Positions 10,045 to 20,512 of a DNA stretch of 64,000 nt are shown piece by piece; within the stretch, counting starts at the first letter, position 1, and each line of letters opens with the position of its first letter. The notes beneath the pieces are model-generated. The model searched no databases. It saw only the letters and a list, made by a program, of their open reading frames with translations, and was not told the origin of the DNA. A program made the translations under genes and the position numbers. This DNA comes from an uncultured Nitrososphaerota archaeon (GTDB lineage Archaea; Thermoproteota; Nitrososphaeria; Nitrososphaerales; Nitrosopumilaceae), in contig OY969559.1 in NCBI GenBank assembly GCA_963701075.1, positions 480,001-544,000 on the forward strand, written 5' to 3'.

Positions 10045-10364
10045 GAAATATTTGCAAATCTACATGTAATAAGCCTAATTCCCCTTTCTATGTTTGTACC
10101 ACAACTGAGCCCTATTATTTTATTTGGCTTTTTTTCGGTTTAACCTTAATTGGCTCAAACTTCTTGGATTTTCCTATGCTCTTGAAAAGACACTTTTCAG
10201 AACAATGAGTAGCATGAGGATCTGATAATTCTTTTCCACAGACGTTGCATTTTCTTTTCAATTGCCTTTATGAAAACTAGAAGATTGTTAATAAAGACAC
10301 ATTCCTGTTACCAATTTTGATAATCAGATAAGAGGTCAAATTCTAACACTTTGGGATATAATAG

Positions 10365-10757
10365 ATGGCTCTTGTACCCATATTGAATGAAGAGCAACTC
10401 CTAGACAAACAACCAAATCAGATTACAAAAGAACTGCTTCTTGTAATCCTTGCAGACAAGCATTCCAGAAAAATCATTGAATCAACAATAGAATCTCCAA
10501 GATCGGCAATGGATCTTGCAAATAATTTTGGGGTACCGTTGAATACTGCATACCGGAGACTAAAAATGCTGGAAAAATGCAAGATATTGAAAATCTCTGG
10601 AATCATAACAGATGATGGAAGAAAGGCCTTCCTTTATCAAAGCAGAATAAGAGTGATAAAGGTAAACTGCATTGGCAACTCATGCGAGGTTGAGATTATT
10701 CCAAATGATCTCATAGACAACACACGTGATTTCAGCCTACAAAGATCTACGCTCTAA
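10365..10757 (+). CDS. Winged-helix (ArsR-like) transcriptional regulator
   Basis: LADKHSRKIIES ... SAMDLANNFGVPLNTAYRRLKML ... GRKAFLYQS. Confidence 0.85.
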   Translation: MALVPILNEEQLLDKQPNQITKELLLVILADKHSRKIIESTIESPRSAMDLANNFGVPLNTAYRRLKMLEKCKILKISGIITDDGRKAFLYQSRIRVIKVNCIGNSCEVEIIPNDLIDNTRDFSLQRSTL

Positions 10758-10966
10758 TCAGTGGAAATTTTTGTTGGTAAATGAGAAGTTAAAAACCCTC
10801 TAGTATCCACATTTGACAACTTTCCCTTGATAGCATATGCGACAATGAATTTGGTATTAGGTTCCTCCTCTTCATTGGGCATTCCCCATTCGTTATTGTT
10901 GTGCCCACAATTGTATTCAAAAGTCTTACCCCATGAAAATTTTGGCACTTTTTGGTTCTTTTTCAC
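10754..10966 (-). CDS. Hypothetical small protein
   Basis: 70-aa ORF only. Confidence 0.3.
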   Translation of the reverse strand: MKKNQKVPKFSWGKTFEYNCGHNNNEWGMPNEEEEPNTKFIVAYAIKGKLSNVDTRGFLTSHLPTKISTD

Positions 10967-11209
10967 TTTATGATATTGTGTAAAAATGGTAGTTAAGTTA
11001 GTAAGTCTGCAGTGCCATGCAAACGCAATCGAGATAAAATAAAATTATTGCATAATTATCTTTTATTCTAACTTGATTTAATTTTCATAAAGCAGGTAAC
11101 AAATTTTCAACAATGCAATTATTCAAAATTTGATCAATATTTCACGGTTCTACAAAAGCGAGCCAAAAATATGACCATGATGGTGCAGTCTTAGTAGATC
11201 ACGTATATA

Positions 11210-12083
11210 CAACTCATCCTAAAACCCTCCAATACATCATTATTCCAGTAATGTTAAGAAATGCCAGATAATTTTCTGCAATTCTCTCATATCTGATTCT
11301 AATTCTGTGGAATCCACATTTGAGCCATGCAAAGAATCTCTCCACCACGTATCTTGTCCTGTTGTAATTACTCTGACTTTTCTTATTGTTGTTATTTTTG
11401 AAATTTCTGGATGGAATGCAGTCCCTGATGTTTCTATTCTTTAGATACTCTCTAATCTTTTTTGCATCATAACCCTTGTCTGCATATACAGCTACGATCT
11501 GTTCTATGGAATCATCATCAAGATATTCAGAGATGTTTTCCATCACATCGATGAGCTTTGTTGAATCATGCTCATTTGCAGGACCAATAATTATTGATAC
11601 TGGAAGTGAATTGCAATCTACTGCAACATGTATTTTCGTGCCTGATATTCTTTTGAATCCGTCGTATCCTGTCACATCTCCCCTTTTTTGGCTGCAACAG
11701 TTGACGAATCAACCGATACCTTTTGCAGCTGTATCTTCCCTGAATGGTGTGCTGATTTTATTGCATCAGATAAGATATTTTGCCAGATTCCTTTTTGCTG
11801 CCATTTCTGCAATCTGAGATGAGCAGTTGATTTTGAGCCGTATCTTTTTGGCATCTCCTCCCACCTGCAGCCGGTAACCAGAATAAACATGATTCCATTT
11901 ATTGTGGTACGGTCATCACACCTTGGTCTGCCTGTTCTGGCAGGCGATGGAAGGTGTTTTTGTATTGTTTCCCATTGTTTGTCTGAGATTTCTTGGAATT
12001 TCATGGAATCAGTGTGATTATTCCATCTGATAGATCCAGTGATCGTCAAAAATTTACTAAATGATCAGTTTTAGGATGAGTTG
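11210..12083 (-). mobile_element. Complete IS5-family insertion sequence, 874 bp
   Basis: Perfect 16-bp terminal inverted repeats CAACTCATCCTAAAAC (11210-11225 / 12068-12083); 3-bp ATA duplication at 11207-11209 and 12084-12086. Confidence 0.93.
11214..12004 (-). CDS. IS5 transposase, two ORFs joined by a -1 frameshift
   Basis: ORF1 MKFQEISDKQW...TGCRWEEMP...VSVDSS; ORF2 GTKIHVAVD...YADKGYD...RYVVERFFAWLK; A6G4 slippery run at 11680-11689. Confidence 0.9.
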
Positions 12084-12114
12084 ATAGTACAATGTTCAAT
12101 GATAAGTGGTGCTG

Positions 12115-12328
12115 ATGGAAGTTATTCTCAAAGCCCAGTGATGCTCTTAGGATTGAGCAAATAGCAAGAAAGACATTTCAGTATAACTACAGTTCTTTTA
12201 GTATAGAAAACACCACTCTTCAAAATAACACTTGGTTTGTGAAAGGAACTGTAACCCTATTTACTAAACAATCAAGTAAAACACTTGTAATTGATGCTAA
12301 AACTGGCAGGATTATCAATTGTAAATAA
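12115..12328 (+). CDS. Small PepSY-like protein (apparent +1 A near 12130; not in ORF track)
   Basis: MEVILKPSDALRIEQIARK ... NTWFVKGTV ... LVIDAKTGRII after repair. Confidence 0.6.
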
Positions 12329-12357
12329 AACCCCGAATCTTAACAGTAGATAAAAAT

Positions 12358-13584
12358 TTAAGCAAATTTCTTCTCTATTTCACGGCAAACAAATCTTGCA
12401 ATCTTTTCCTTGTCCTTCCATCCTGATACTGATTCCCTATCAGAATCAACTACGATCACATTGTTGTGTTTCGGATTCTTTCTATACTTTTTTCCTATGT
12501 CGTTTGCAATGATTATGTCAGCATCTGATTCGTGCAGCTTTTTGCGAGATAAAGCAATCAACTTTTCTTGCGAGACATCAGTCTCTGCCTTGAAGCCGAC
12601 AAGAAAGACGTCTTTTTGAATTTTTTTTACCTCATTGATTATCTTTGGCACTTTTCTTAGTTTCACAATCATCTTGTCAGAGCTGCTCTTGATCTTTGTC
12701 TTGCTTGGGTTCTCTACGGTGTAGTCAGATACTGCAGCAGCCAGTATGACAATGTCAAATCTCTGCCTCATCTCATGCCTTACTGCGTCAAGCATCTCAC
12801 TGCTTGTCTTTACATTCACCACTTTTGCCCCCTTGGGAGCAGGCTCTGCACCGGGACCATAGACAAAGGTGACCTTTGCACCTGATGATACAAGCTCCCT
12901 TGCAAGCAAAACTCCAGTCCTTCCTGTACTCTGGTTGGTTATGACACGGACAGGGTCAATGTATTCTATGGTAGGTCCTGCAGTAATCAGCACTTTTTTT
13001 CCTTGCAGAATAGAAGACGCACCATATTTTTTCAATACAAAATCCAAAACTTGCTTGGGTTCTGCAGCCTTTGCCTTTCCTTCTACAAACTGCGGAGAAA
13101 TAAACCACACCTTATTTTTTAAAAATTCAATATTTTTTACAACCGCCGGATTCTCATACATGGATTGGTGCATGGCAAGTGAAATCACAATAGGAATCTT
13201 GGAACCAAAACCCACACTGAGTACTGTAGAAATGGGAGTATCGTCTATCCCGTTTGCAAGTTTTCCAAGCGTATTTGCAGTGCATGGATACACAACAATC
13301 AGGTCAGACTGTTTATAATCTGCAACCTTGATGTGCTCCAAGTCTCCTGTAAGTTTTGTAATCACCTCATTTCCAGTTGCCCACTTGAAGTAGCTCGGTT
13401 TTATCAGATCAGTTGCTGCCTTGCTTGCAACACAGGTGACGTCTGCGCCGTGGCGCATCAAGAGCCTTGCAAGCTCGATTGCCTTGTATGCAGCAACGCT
13501 TCCTGTAATACACAAGACAATTTTTTTTCCGGCAAGCTCTGTACCGTCAGAGCTTACGATATCCAGTGATGGATGTTCACGCAA
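12358..13584 (-). CDS. coaBC: Phosphopantothenoylcysteine decarboxylase/ligase
   Basis: TGSVAAYKA, PCTANTLGKLANGIDD, TAGPTIEYIDPVRVITNQSTG, LVGFKAET. Confidence 0.97.
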   Translation of the reverse strand: MREHPSLDIVSSDGTELAGKKIVLCITGSVAAYKAIELARLLMRHGADVTCVASKAATDLIKPSYFKWATGNEVITKLTGDLEHIKVADYKQSDLIVVYPCTANTLGKLANGIDDTPISTVLSVGFGSKIPIVISLAMHQSMYENPAVVKNIEFLKNKVWFISPQFVEGKAKAAEPKQVLDFVLKKYGASSILQGKKVLITAGPTIEYIDPVRVITNQSTGRTGVLLARELVSSGAKVTFVYGPGAEPAPKGAKVVNVKTSSEMLDAVRHEMRQRFDIVILAAAVSDYTVENPSKTKIKSSSDKMIVKLRKVPKIINEVKKIQKDVFLVGFKAETDVSQEKLIALSRKKLHESDADIIIANDIGKKYRKNPKHNNVIVVDSDRESVSGWKDKEKIARFVCREIEKKFA

Positions 13585-14410
13585 TCTCTTTTCTCAACCT
13601 TTCAAGTTCTGCTTTGTCAATTGAAAACGAATGCTCCTGTGATGGAAACTTGCCAGATATCACATCGTTCTTGTAAGACGTAACTGCCTTTACAATATCT
13701 CCTGCAAGCTCAAGATACCGCTTGGCAAATTTTGGCTTTAACTTTTCAAACAGGCCCAAGACATCGTGCACGACAAGCACCTGTCCGTCACAATCTGGTC
13801 CTGAGCCAATCCCTATTGTAGGAATGCTGATTGATTCTGTTATTATCTTTGATACTTCTCTTGTTACCATTTCAAGTGCAATGCTAAAGGCACCAGCTTC
13901 TTCTAGCGCCCTGGCATTTTGGATTAGAGCAAGAGCAGCATCCTTTGTCTTTGCCTGCACCTTGTAGCCCTCCTGCAGTGTGGTAGTCTGCGGCTGGAAC
14001 CCGATATGCCCCATTACAGGTATGCCTATATCCACAATTGACCTGACAGTATCTTTTATCTCGATTCCGCCCTCTAGTTTTACTGCATCAGCACCTGACT
14101 TGATCAATCTGCCGGCATTCTCAATTGCCTGCGACCTGCTTGCCTGGTATGACATGAACGGCATGTCTGCTACAACCATCGCGTCCTTTCTTCCCCTGTT
14201 TACTGCCTCTGTAAAAAAACACATCTGCTCCATGGTAACAGGTATGGTGTTTTCATAGCCCAGCATCACCATTCCACCGCTGTCACCTACAAGCAGGATA
14301 TCAACGCCGGCTCTATCACAAAGCTGTGCAGTGGTGTAATCGTATGCAGTGATAACCGTAATCTTTTTGGAATTTTTCATAGAGGTTATGTCTCTTACAG
14401 ATTTAGGCAT
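13577..14410 (-). CDS. panB: Ketopantoate hydroxymethyltransferase
   Basis: TAYDY, LLVGDSGGMV, AVKLEGG, TIGIGSG, DGQVLVVHD. Confidence 0.97.
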   Translation of the reverse strand: MPKSVRDITSMKNSKKITVITAYDYTTAQLCDRAGVDILLVGDSGGMVMLGYENTIPVTMEQMCFFTEAVNRGRKDAMVVADMPFMSYQASRSQAIENAGRLIKSGADAVKLEGGIEIKDTVRSIVDIGIPVMGHIGFQPQTTTLQEGYKVQAKTKDAALALIQNARALEEAGAFSIALEMVTREVSKIITESISIPTIGIGSGPDCDGQVLVVHDVLGLFEKLKPKFAKRYLELAGDIVKAVTSYKNDVISGKFPSQEHSFSIDKAELERLRKEIA

Positions 14411-15149
14411 GTGTCATTCTCCCAAGATTGTTTTTTATTATAATGATGGACTGGCTCAGGTTCTTTTTATTGTCAAACTTGAAATTTTTGTCTAGGCGAG
14501 ATTTTTTCATCTTTTTACAGGATTCAATTAAGAGCTGCATTCCCCTTGTTACATTGTCAACTATGGTGATGTCAGCAGTCTGTGCTGTGCGCGACATTGG
14601 GTTGAGATCAAATGTTATCACTTTTTTTCCAAGTTTTTTCAGTGCTATCGTCCTGTCTCCGTCCTCTAGCGGTACCAGTACAACGTCTGCAATGAATATG
14701 CCGCGCTCGTCAACAACCCTTCTTGCGCTGTCAAGGTTTGGAATCTTTTGTGAAAACTTGGCATCAAGTCCCAGTATTTCCTTTGCGCCGTTTTTTTTCA
14801 GTATACCAGCTATTGCCTTTTTTCTTTTTTCGCTTGCATAAAACAGGTTTACTTCAATCTCTGCACCGGTTGCCTTTGCAAGCAGAACTATCTCCTTTGG
14901 ACAAAGTGCAGCCAAGTTGCCGTTTACTGATATGACAGACCTCTTTGCCAAAAGCAGCATGCAAGAGGCAGCCTTTATGGCATCATGAGAGGTTTTCGAA
15001 GTCTTCTCGCCTATTAGATAATCAAACATCTCGCCTCTGCCGTGAGCCAAGAGCCCTTCTTCTGCAACCAAGCCCTCTTTGTATCCACGAACCAGCCTCT
15101 CTCTGATATGCAGGGATGCAGCTCTTGGGTGAGATCTTGGAATCAGCAC
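14403..15149 (-). CDS. pps: Archaeal 4-phosphopantoate--beta-alanine ligase (phosphopantothenate synthetase)
   Basis: IPRSHPRAASL, AHGRGEMFDYLIGE, VPLEDGDR, DLNPMSRT; GTG start at 15149. Confidence 0.93.
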   Translation of the reverse strand: MLIPRSHPRAASLHIRERLVRGYKEGLVAEEGLLAHGRGEMFDYLIGEKTSKTSHDAIKAASCMLLLAKRSVISVNGNLAALCPKEIVLLAKATGAEIEVNLFYASEKRKKAIAGILKKNGAKEILGLDAKFSQKIPNLDSARRVVDERGIFIADVVLVPLEDGDRTIALKKLGKKVITFDLNPMSRTAQTADITIVDNVTRGMQLLIESCKKMKKSRLDKNFKFDNKKNLSQSIIIIKNNLGRMTHA

Positions 15150-16037
15150 TAGGATGCTCTCAGCTCCGCTTTTATCAATCTCTGTCTTGATAATTATTCC
15201 ATCATGATATTTTTCTAAAACTTGAAGAACTTCAGATTCTCTTGTCTTTGGTATTAACGTAAACACAGTTTCTCCAAACATTGCAATGCCGCACTTGAAT
15301 CCATGCTGTTGCAGGTCGTCAATTACCTGCTGCATCTTTGGAGTGATAACTCCAACATACTTGGCAAATTCCAGTGACATGTCAAGAAATTCCATCTGGT
15401 CCCTTGACTTGAGCAATCTTGTAACCATCTTTCCGCCAAGGCCGTTTATCTTTGAAAGTTGTGTTGCGATGAATTTCTTTGTAGATATTGGAGAAAAACA
15501 AATTACAATTGCAGAATGATCCGTGTGAATTTTTTTGAGGCTGCCAATTCCTGGTGCACCATGCCTTGTCCTTATCTCAAAGCCTCCATGGTATGACGAT
15601 AATACCGTCCCAAGTCCTGTCTTGCAGTGGATCTCTGCGTTGTGAGCAATCTGCCCTACCTGAGTACGAGAAAGATTTATTCCAAGTGCTTTGTTTAGTG
15701 CAAATGCCAAGCTTAGTGCAACAGCACCGCTAGAGCCCAGCCCATAACCCACAGGAATCTCGCTGTGGTGTTCTATTTCAAAAAAATAATTTGCCTTGAC
15801 AAGCTTCAAAAATTCTCTTGCAACAAATTCTGATACCTGGGTATTGTCAGACTTGTAACCGGTAACACTAATTCTAAAACCACGCTTGCCAGATGTTGTA
15901 ATCTTTACCTTTGTTGTGACGCCTTCTTTTATGCAAAATCCCGCCCCGATGGACCCCTTGAGTTCCGGCTTTAACGGCTCTACTTCGGCCTTGAAAAAGC
16001 CAGTTATGTGCCCCGGTGCAAAGGCTGCTGCCTGCAT
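15149..16037 (-). CDS. pok: Pantoate kinase (GHMP family); extra base at 15161 gives apparent read-through into pps
   Basis: AFAPGHITGFF, PVGYGLGSSGA, TGLGTV, AMFGETVF; repaired end GARAS-stop overlaps pps GTG. Confidence 0.92.
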
Positions 16038-16099
16038 GACTAGTTTAAATTTTGATAAAAATATAAAAATGATCATTATATTGTTTATATTGATATAAA

Positions 16100-17074
16100 T
16101 TGACTAAATTCATTCGACGCCTGCAAAAGATAGGCAGCAGCATCCTGGTCTCGTTGCCAATTGAGTGGGTGCAATCAAACAAACTTGAAAAAAGCGACGA
16201 GGTAGAAATTGAGACAGGAGTCAACAGTATATCAATTACTCTGACTGGGAGCAGCAGAGTACCAAAAGAAGTCGTGATACAGTATCCGGTCTCAAAGGAG
16301 GAAAACATCAGTGCAGACATTACGGGTGCTTATCTTCTGGGGTACGATATAATCAAGATAAAAGGAAAGTCTGCAATCTCAGTTGGAGACCGAGAAAGAA
16401 TTCGTGGCCTTATGCGCAGACTTGTCGGTATGGAAATTGTTGATGAAGATGCAACAAATGTTAACGTACAATTTCTCTTGGATGCTACAACCCTAAGCCC
16501 TGACAAGATCCTAAAGAGAATGAGCTCAATCGCGCTTGGCCTGTTTCGTGATACAATAAATTCGCTCACATCAGATGATAAGACAGTATTGCAGACAATT
16601 CCAAGCAGGGATGATGAAATTGACAGGCAATACTTTTTGCTTGTCAGGCTTATTCGTAGCGCAATGGTAGACAAGAAGCTTGCAACTGCATTCAATCTAG
16701 GAAACATTGACATCTTGGATTATAGAATTGCAGCAAACCTGATGGAAAGTGCAGGTGATACAATTGTAGAGCTTGCAAATTCAATACCAGAACTAGGTGG
16801 ATCCAAAACAGATGCAAAGAAGCTTCATCTCTTGGCAGTAGAGATTGAAAACATCCACGAAAAATCCATTACCTCATTTATCGAAAACAATCGATTACTT
16901 GCAATCGAGGCAATAAAGTCATTTAGAAACTATCAAAAGAAAATTGCTGACATACGTTCATCGGAGCCAAAAAAACAAGTATCAATACAATTTTTAGACT
17001 TGGTATATACACTTGAAAAACTTGCAAGATGCTGGGCTGATATTGCGGATCTGGTAAAACCAGTCTATACGTAG
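16100..17074 (+). CDS. phoU: AbrB-PhoU phosphate uptake regulator
   Basis: RRLQKIGSSILVSLP AbrB domain; RDDEIDRQYFL PhoU repeats. Confidence 0.88.
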   Translation: MTKFIRRLQKIGSSILVSLPIEWVQSNKLEKSDEVEIETGVNSISITLTGSSRVPKEVVIQYPVSKEENISADITGAYLLGYDIIKIKGKSAISVGDRERIRGLMRRLVGMEIVDEDATNVNVQFLLDATTLSPDKILKRMSSIALGLFRDTINSLTSDDKTVLQTIPSRDDEIDRQYFLLVRLIRSAMVDKKLATAFNLGNIDILDYRIAANLMESAGDTIVELANSIPELGGSKTDAKKLHLLAVEIENIHEKSITSFIENNRLLAIEAIKSFRNYQKKIADIRSSEPKKQVSIQFLDLVYTLEKLARCWADIADLVKPVYT

Positions 17075-17578
17075 ATCTTCTTTTTCATTGCATATGTCAG
17101 CACTGCACAAATTGTTTTAGAGTCGGCAATCTTTCCTGACAAGACCATCTTTAGCGCTTTTCTAAAATCAATCTTTACTACCGATATTATCTCATCCTCG
17201 TCAAGTTCTAGTCCTGATACCTTTTTGATTCCAGATGCCACAAAGCAATGGATTACCTCAGTGTTGTACCCAATTGAAGGATAGTACTTGACAAGCGGGG
17301 CCATCTTCTTTGCCTCATAACCAGTCTCTTCTTTTCAGCTCACGGAACGCACATTTTCTTGGGCTTTCGCCCTTGTTTAGCGTTCCAGCAGGAATCTCAA
17401 GCACAAACCCATGAGGAAACCTATGTTGTTTCACAAGCAGCAACTTGCCTTTTTCTATTGCAAGCATGGCAGCAGCGCCTGGATGCTCGATTACTTCTCT
17501 TGTTACTTTGCGTCCTCCAAGTGATAATTTGTAAACGCTAAGAGAAAGAATTTTTCCCTTGAAAATTTTCTTTCGCAT
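17065..17578 (-). CDS. NUDIX hydrolase, ADP-ribose pyrophosphatase-like (apparent frameshift at 17336)
   Basis: EIPAGTLNKGESPRKCAFRELKEETGY after repair; LDEDEII. Confidence 0.9.
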
Positions 17579-17602
17579 CAAATGAAACAACAACTAGATA
17601 TT

Positions 17603-18508
17603 TTATGAACGTATCTGGGGAACTACGTGCAGTCTCTTTGATTTCTTTGTATGCGTTATGGCATTTTTGATCCATTTCTGTACAAAATTAATCTCTTTTG
17701 GAATGAAAAGATCAGTTGATTGTATCCCCTCAACTTCGTGAACTTTTTGGCTTAGCTCATCAATCTTGTATATGTCATCACTATAAAAAAAGAGCACTAT
17801 TTGGTTTTGGTGTACAAACGGCTTTTGCAAAAATGACTCTGCAAACTTTTTTTCTAATTTGGATAATGTAGTCTTAATGTCTCCGTCAACTGTGGCAAGA
17901 ACTGCAAACGGAATATATTTTCCCATTTTTCTTGGATTGTAAATCAAGGTAAATAGAATTGCCTCGTCGTTTTGCAGTTTGTCAAGTGATCTTGCTATTG
18001 TTTTTGTGGAAAAGCCCGAGAGCTTGGCAATCTCCTCTATCTTTAATCGCGGATCCGTTAACAAGATATCCATTATCTCAATGTCAGTCTTTGTCAAGTC
18101 AGATCTTATCTCTGGATTTTTTGCTTCAAATATACTAAGAACCCTGACATCTCTTAGAATATTTTTTGCAATCTCCATTGCATGTTCTGGATTTTCTTTT
18201 ACTACAATACTGCATACAGTAATTCCTCCCACACATGGAACAACAAAGAACGGCTCTCCGACAAGTCGTATCTTGTCTAAAATATAGTCAAGCTTTTTTC
18301 CTATTACAACAAAGTATAGTACACTGTAGCCAAAAACTGGCGGCTCAATTTTTAATGTGAACTGCTCAATGATTTTTTGCTTTATCATTTTCTGAATCCT
18401 GGATTTCACAGCTACTCCTGAGATTCTAATCTCCTTGCCTATCTGGCTGTCAGGTGTCCTGCAGTTATTCAATAAACGTGACAGGATCTCCATATCTAAT
18501 TTGTCCAT
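17603..18508 (-). CDS. Tandem Lrp/AsnC family regulator
   Basis: Two HTH units: MDKLDMEIL...RTPDSQIG and LTKTDIEIM...DPRLKIEEIA. Confidence 0.88.
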   Translation of the reverse strand: MDKLDMEILSRLLNNCRTPDSQIGKEIRISGVAVKSRIQKMIKQKIIEQFTLKIEPPVFGYSVLYFVVIGKKLDYILDKIRLVGEPFFVVPCVGGITVCSIVVKENPEHAMEIAKNILRDVRVLSIFEAKNPEIRSDLTKTDIEIMDILLTDPRLKIEEIAKLSGFSTKTIARSLDKLQNDEAILFTLIYNPRKMGKYIPFAVLATVDGDIKTTLSKLEKKFAESFLQKPFVHQNQIVLFFYSDDIYKIDELSQKVHEVEGIQSTDLFIPKEINFVQKWIKNAITHTKKSKRLHVVPQIRS

Positions 18509-18625
18509 TCTCTATATCCCCCTCTCACTATTCTTTCAATTTAGAACATCTTGTATATATAATTGTCTTGTTCTCAAATAAAAACATGACAAAATATTAA
18601 ATATGCGACTATTTCTTGATCCTTC

Positions 18626-19826
18626 GTGGATTATAGAGCCCAGATAGGCATCAGATTTATCACAAGAAAGAGAGGCAGTCTGATTGCTGCCTGCCTTGCT
18701 ATTGCTATTGCCATACTGGTAGTTTCGGTAAATTCGGTAATCTTCCAAGGTCTGTACGATGCCATTGTCAGAGACCTAGTCAACTATCATTACGGAAACG
18801 TCTACATTACAAAAAAAGGAGATTTTATCACAAGAAATGATTTTGAGTTGGTAAACTGGCTTGATAGAATTCCGTGGGTTCAAGCAGCAACGCCAAGATT
18901 GTTTACAAGCGTATATTCCATAAATGCAACCGTAAATGGCCAGCTAGTTCAGGATTATAATGTTCCATTTACTATGGTTGGGGTCAACCCGTTTTGGGAT
19001 GAACAAGCATCCACTTTGTACAAAGTCTGTAAAAGGCCAGTACGTTTCAACAAGGGACTCGATAGTTTTAGGGATACTTGTTGACCGGGACCTTGGATAT
19101 CCAAAGATTGGCGATACTGTAAAGTTAAAAGTTCACGATCAATTTGGTAACGATGTACTCAAAAGATTTGTGATTGTTGGAACATCTGAGACGGCTGGCA
19201 ATAACGGCTATGATAATGGTGCAATAATCAACATTGATACAATGCGGGAAATGATACAAAGGCCAGGCCAGACATCAGAAATTCTTGTCAAACTAAATGA
19301 TCCAACAAAGGCAAATGATACCAAGCAACTTTTCCTTGACGCATTTCCATCAACTGCCGATGATTTCAAAGCTCAGACAATACAACAAGCAGCAGAAGTG
19401 CAACTCAGCGGTTTCAAGTCAGGCATTGCATTAATTAATCTAGTTGGACTTTTCGGAATGGTTTCGTCTGCCTTTGGTGTTGTAACAATACAGATGATGC
19501 AAGTGGCAAACAAAACACGTGATATTGGTGTACTAAGGGCAATAGGTGCCAAGAGAAAAGACATCCTAATGATATTTATTTTTCAGGGAATAGTGATAGG
19601 CAGCTTAGGAGTCCTTGTAGGAACAGCTTTGGCAATAGGTTATACCACATATGCAAAAGATACCCACATGACATTCAATGGAAGTCTGGCTTTGGAGGTC
19701 TCATACAATTGGCCAGGCCTAATTCAAACTGACATCCTGGCATTTACACTTACTATTGTGGCATCGATATATCCTGCATTCAAGGCTACACAACTACAAC
19801 CAGTGGAGGCAATGCGAACTGCCTGA
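18626..19826 (+). CDS. ABC exporter permease, MacB/LolE/FtsX family (apparent +1 A near 19022)
   Basis: KTRDIGVLRAIGA, YPAFKATQLQPVEAMR; two track ORFs join at TLYKSVKG. Confidence 0.88.
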
Positions 19827-20511
19827 TAACGTACTCGAAGTTCGCAATCTGGAGAAGATATATGGTGAAGGCGAAACCTCAGTTAAGGCATTACAAAATA
19901 TCAATTTCACTGTTAAGCGAGGTGAGTTTCTCTTGATAGTAGGCAGCTCAGGTTCTGGCAAAACAACACTACTGAACATGATAGGTCTGCTTGATAGGCC
20001 AACAAGTGGTACTATATTGATTGATGGAGTAGACACTTCAACTCTCAATGATAACCAACTTGCATCGTTTAGAAATTCAAAGCTTGGATTCATATTCCAA
20101 TTCTCAAATCTATTGACTGACTTGACAGTTCTGGAGAACGTCGTTTTGCCAAGAAAGATTCATGGCTCCATGGACGGCTCAGAGGAAGATGCAAGGACAC
20201 TTCTCAAAACTGTCGGGCTTGAATCACAATTTAACAAATTTGGAAATAAAGTATCTGGAGGACAAGCTCAGCGTGTTGCCATCACGCGAGCTTTGATAAA
20301 CAAGCCAGCTATTGTTCTAGCTGATGAGCCAACTGGAGCCTTGGATTCTATATCGGCAGAGACTATAGTACAGCTTCTAAAGTCACTGAACAGAAAACTC
20401 AACCAGACTTTCATCATAATCACACATGAAAGGCCGCAATTTGGCGAGGTTGACAAAGTAATAACAATAAAGGACGGTAGAATTATTGAGGGAGAACTGG
20501 AGACAAGATGA
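19756..20511 (+). CDS. ABC transporter ATP-binding protein (LolD-like); true start probably near 19819
   Basis: GSSGSGKTT, VSGGQAQR, LADEPTG. Confidence 0.93.
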   Translation: MWHRYILHSRLHNYNQWRQCELPDNVLEVRNLEKIYGEGETSVKALQNINFTVKRGEFLLIVGSSGSGKTTLLNMIGLLDRPTSGTILIDGVDTSTLNDNQLASFRNSKLGFIFQFSNLLTDLTVLENVVLPRKIHGSMDGSEEDARTLLKTVGLESQFNKFGNKVSGGQAQRVAITRALINKPAIVLADEPTGALDSISAETIVQLLKSLNRKLNQTFIIITHERPQFGEVDKVITIKDGRIIEGELETR

Positions 20512-20512
20512 C

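Noticed and set aside
14403-16076. Novel pantoate kinase-phosphopantothenate synthetase fusion (557-aa track ORF)
   Set aside because: Removing the extra base beside AGCT at 15161 gives a pok stop overlapping the pps GTG, matching the systematic error pattern
4454-19024. Three other +1 shifts (about 4456, 12130, 19022) as phase variation
   Set aside because: Runs are only 3-5 nt; ordinary homopolymer errors are more likely
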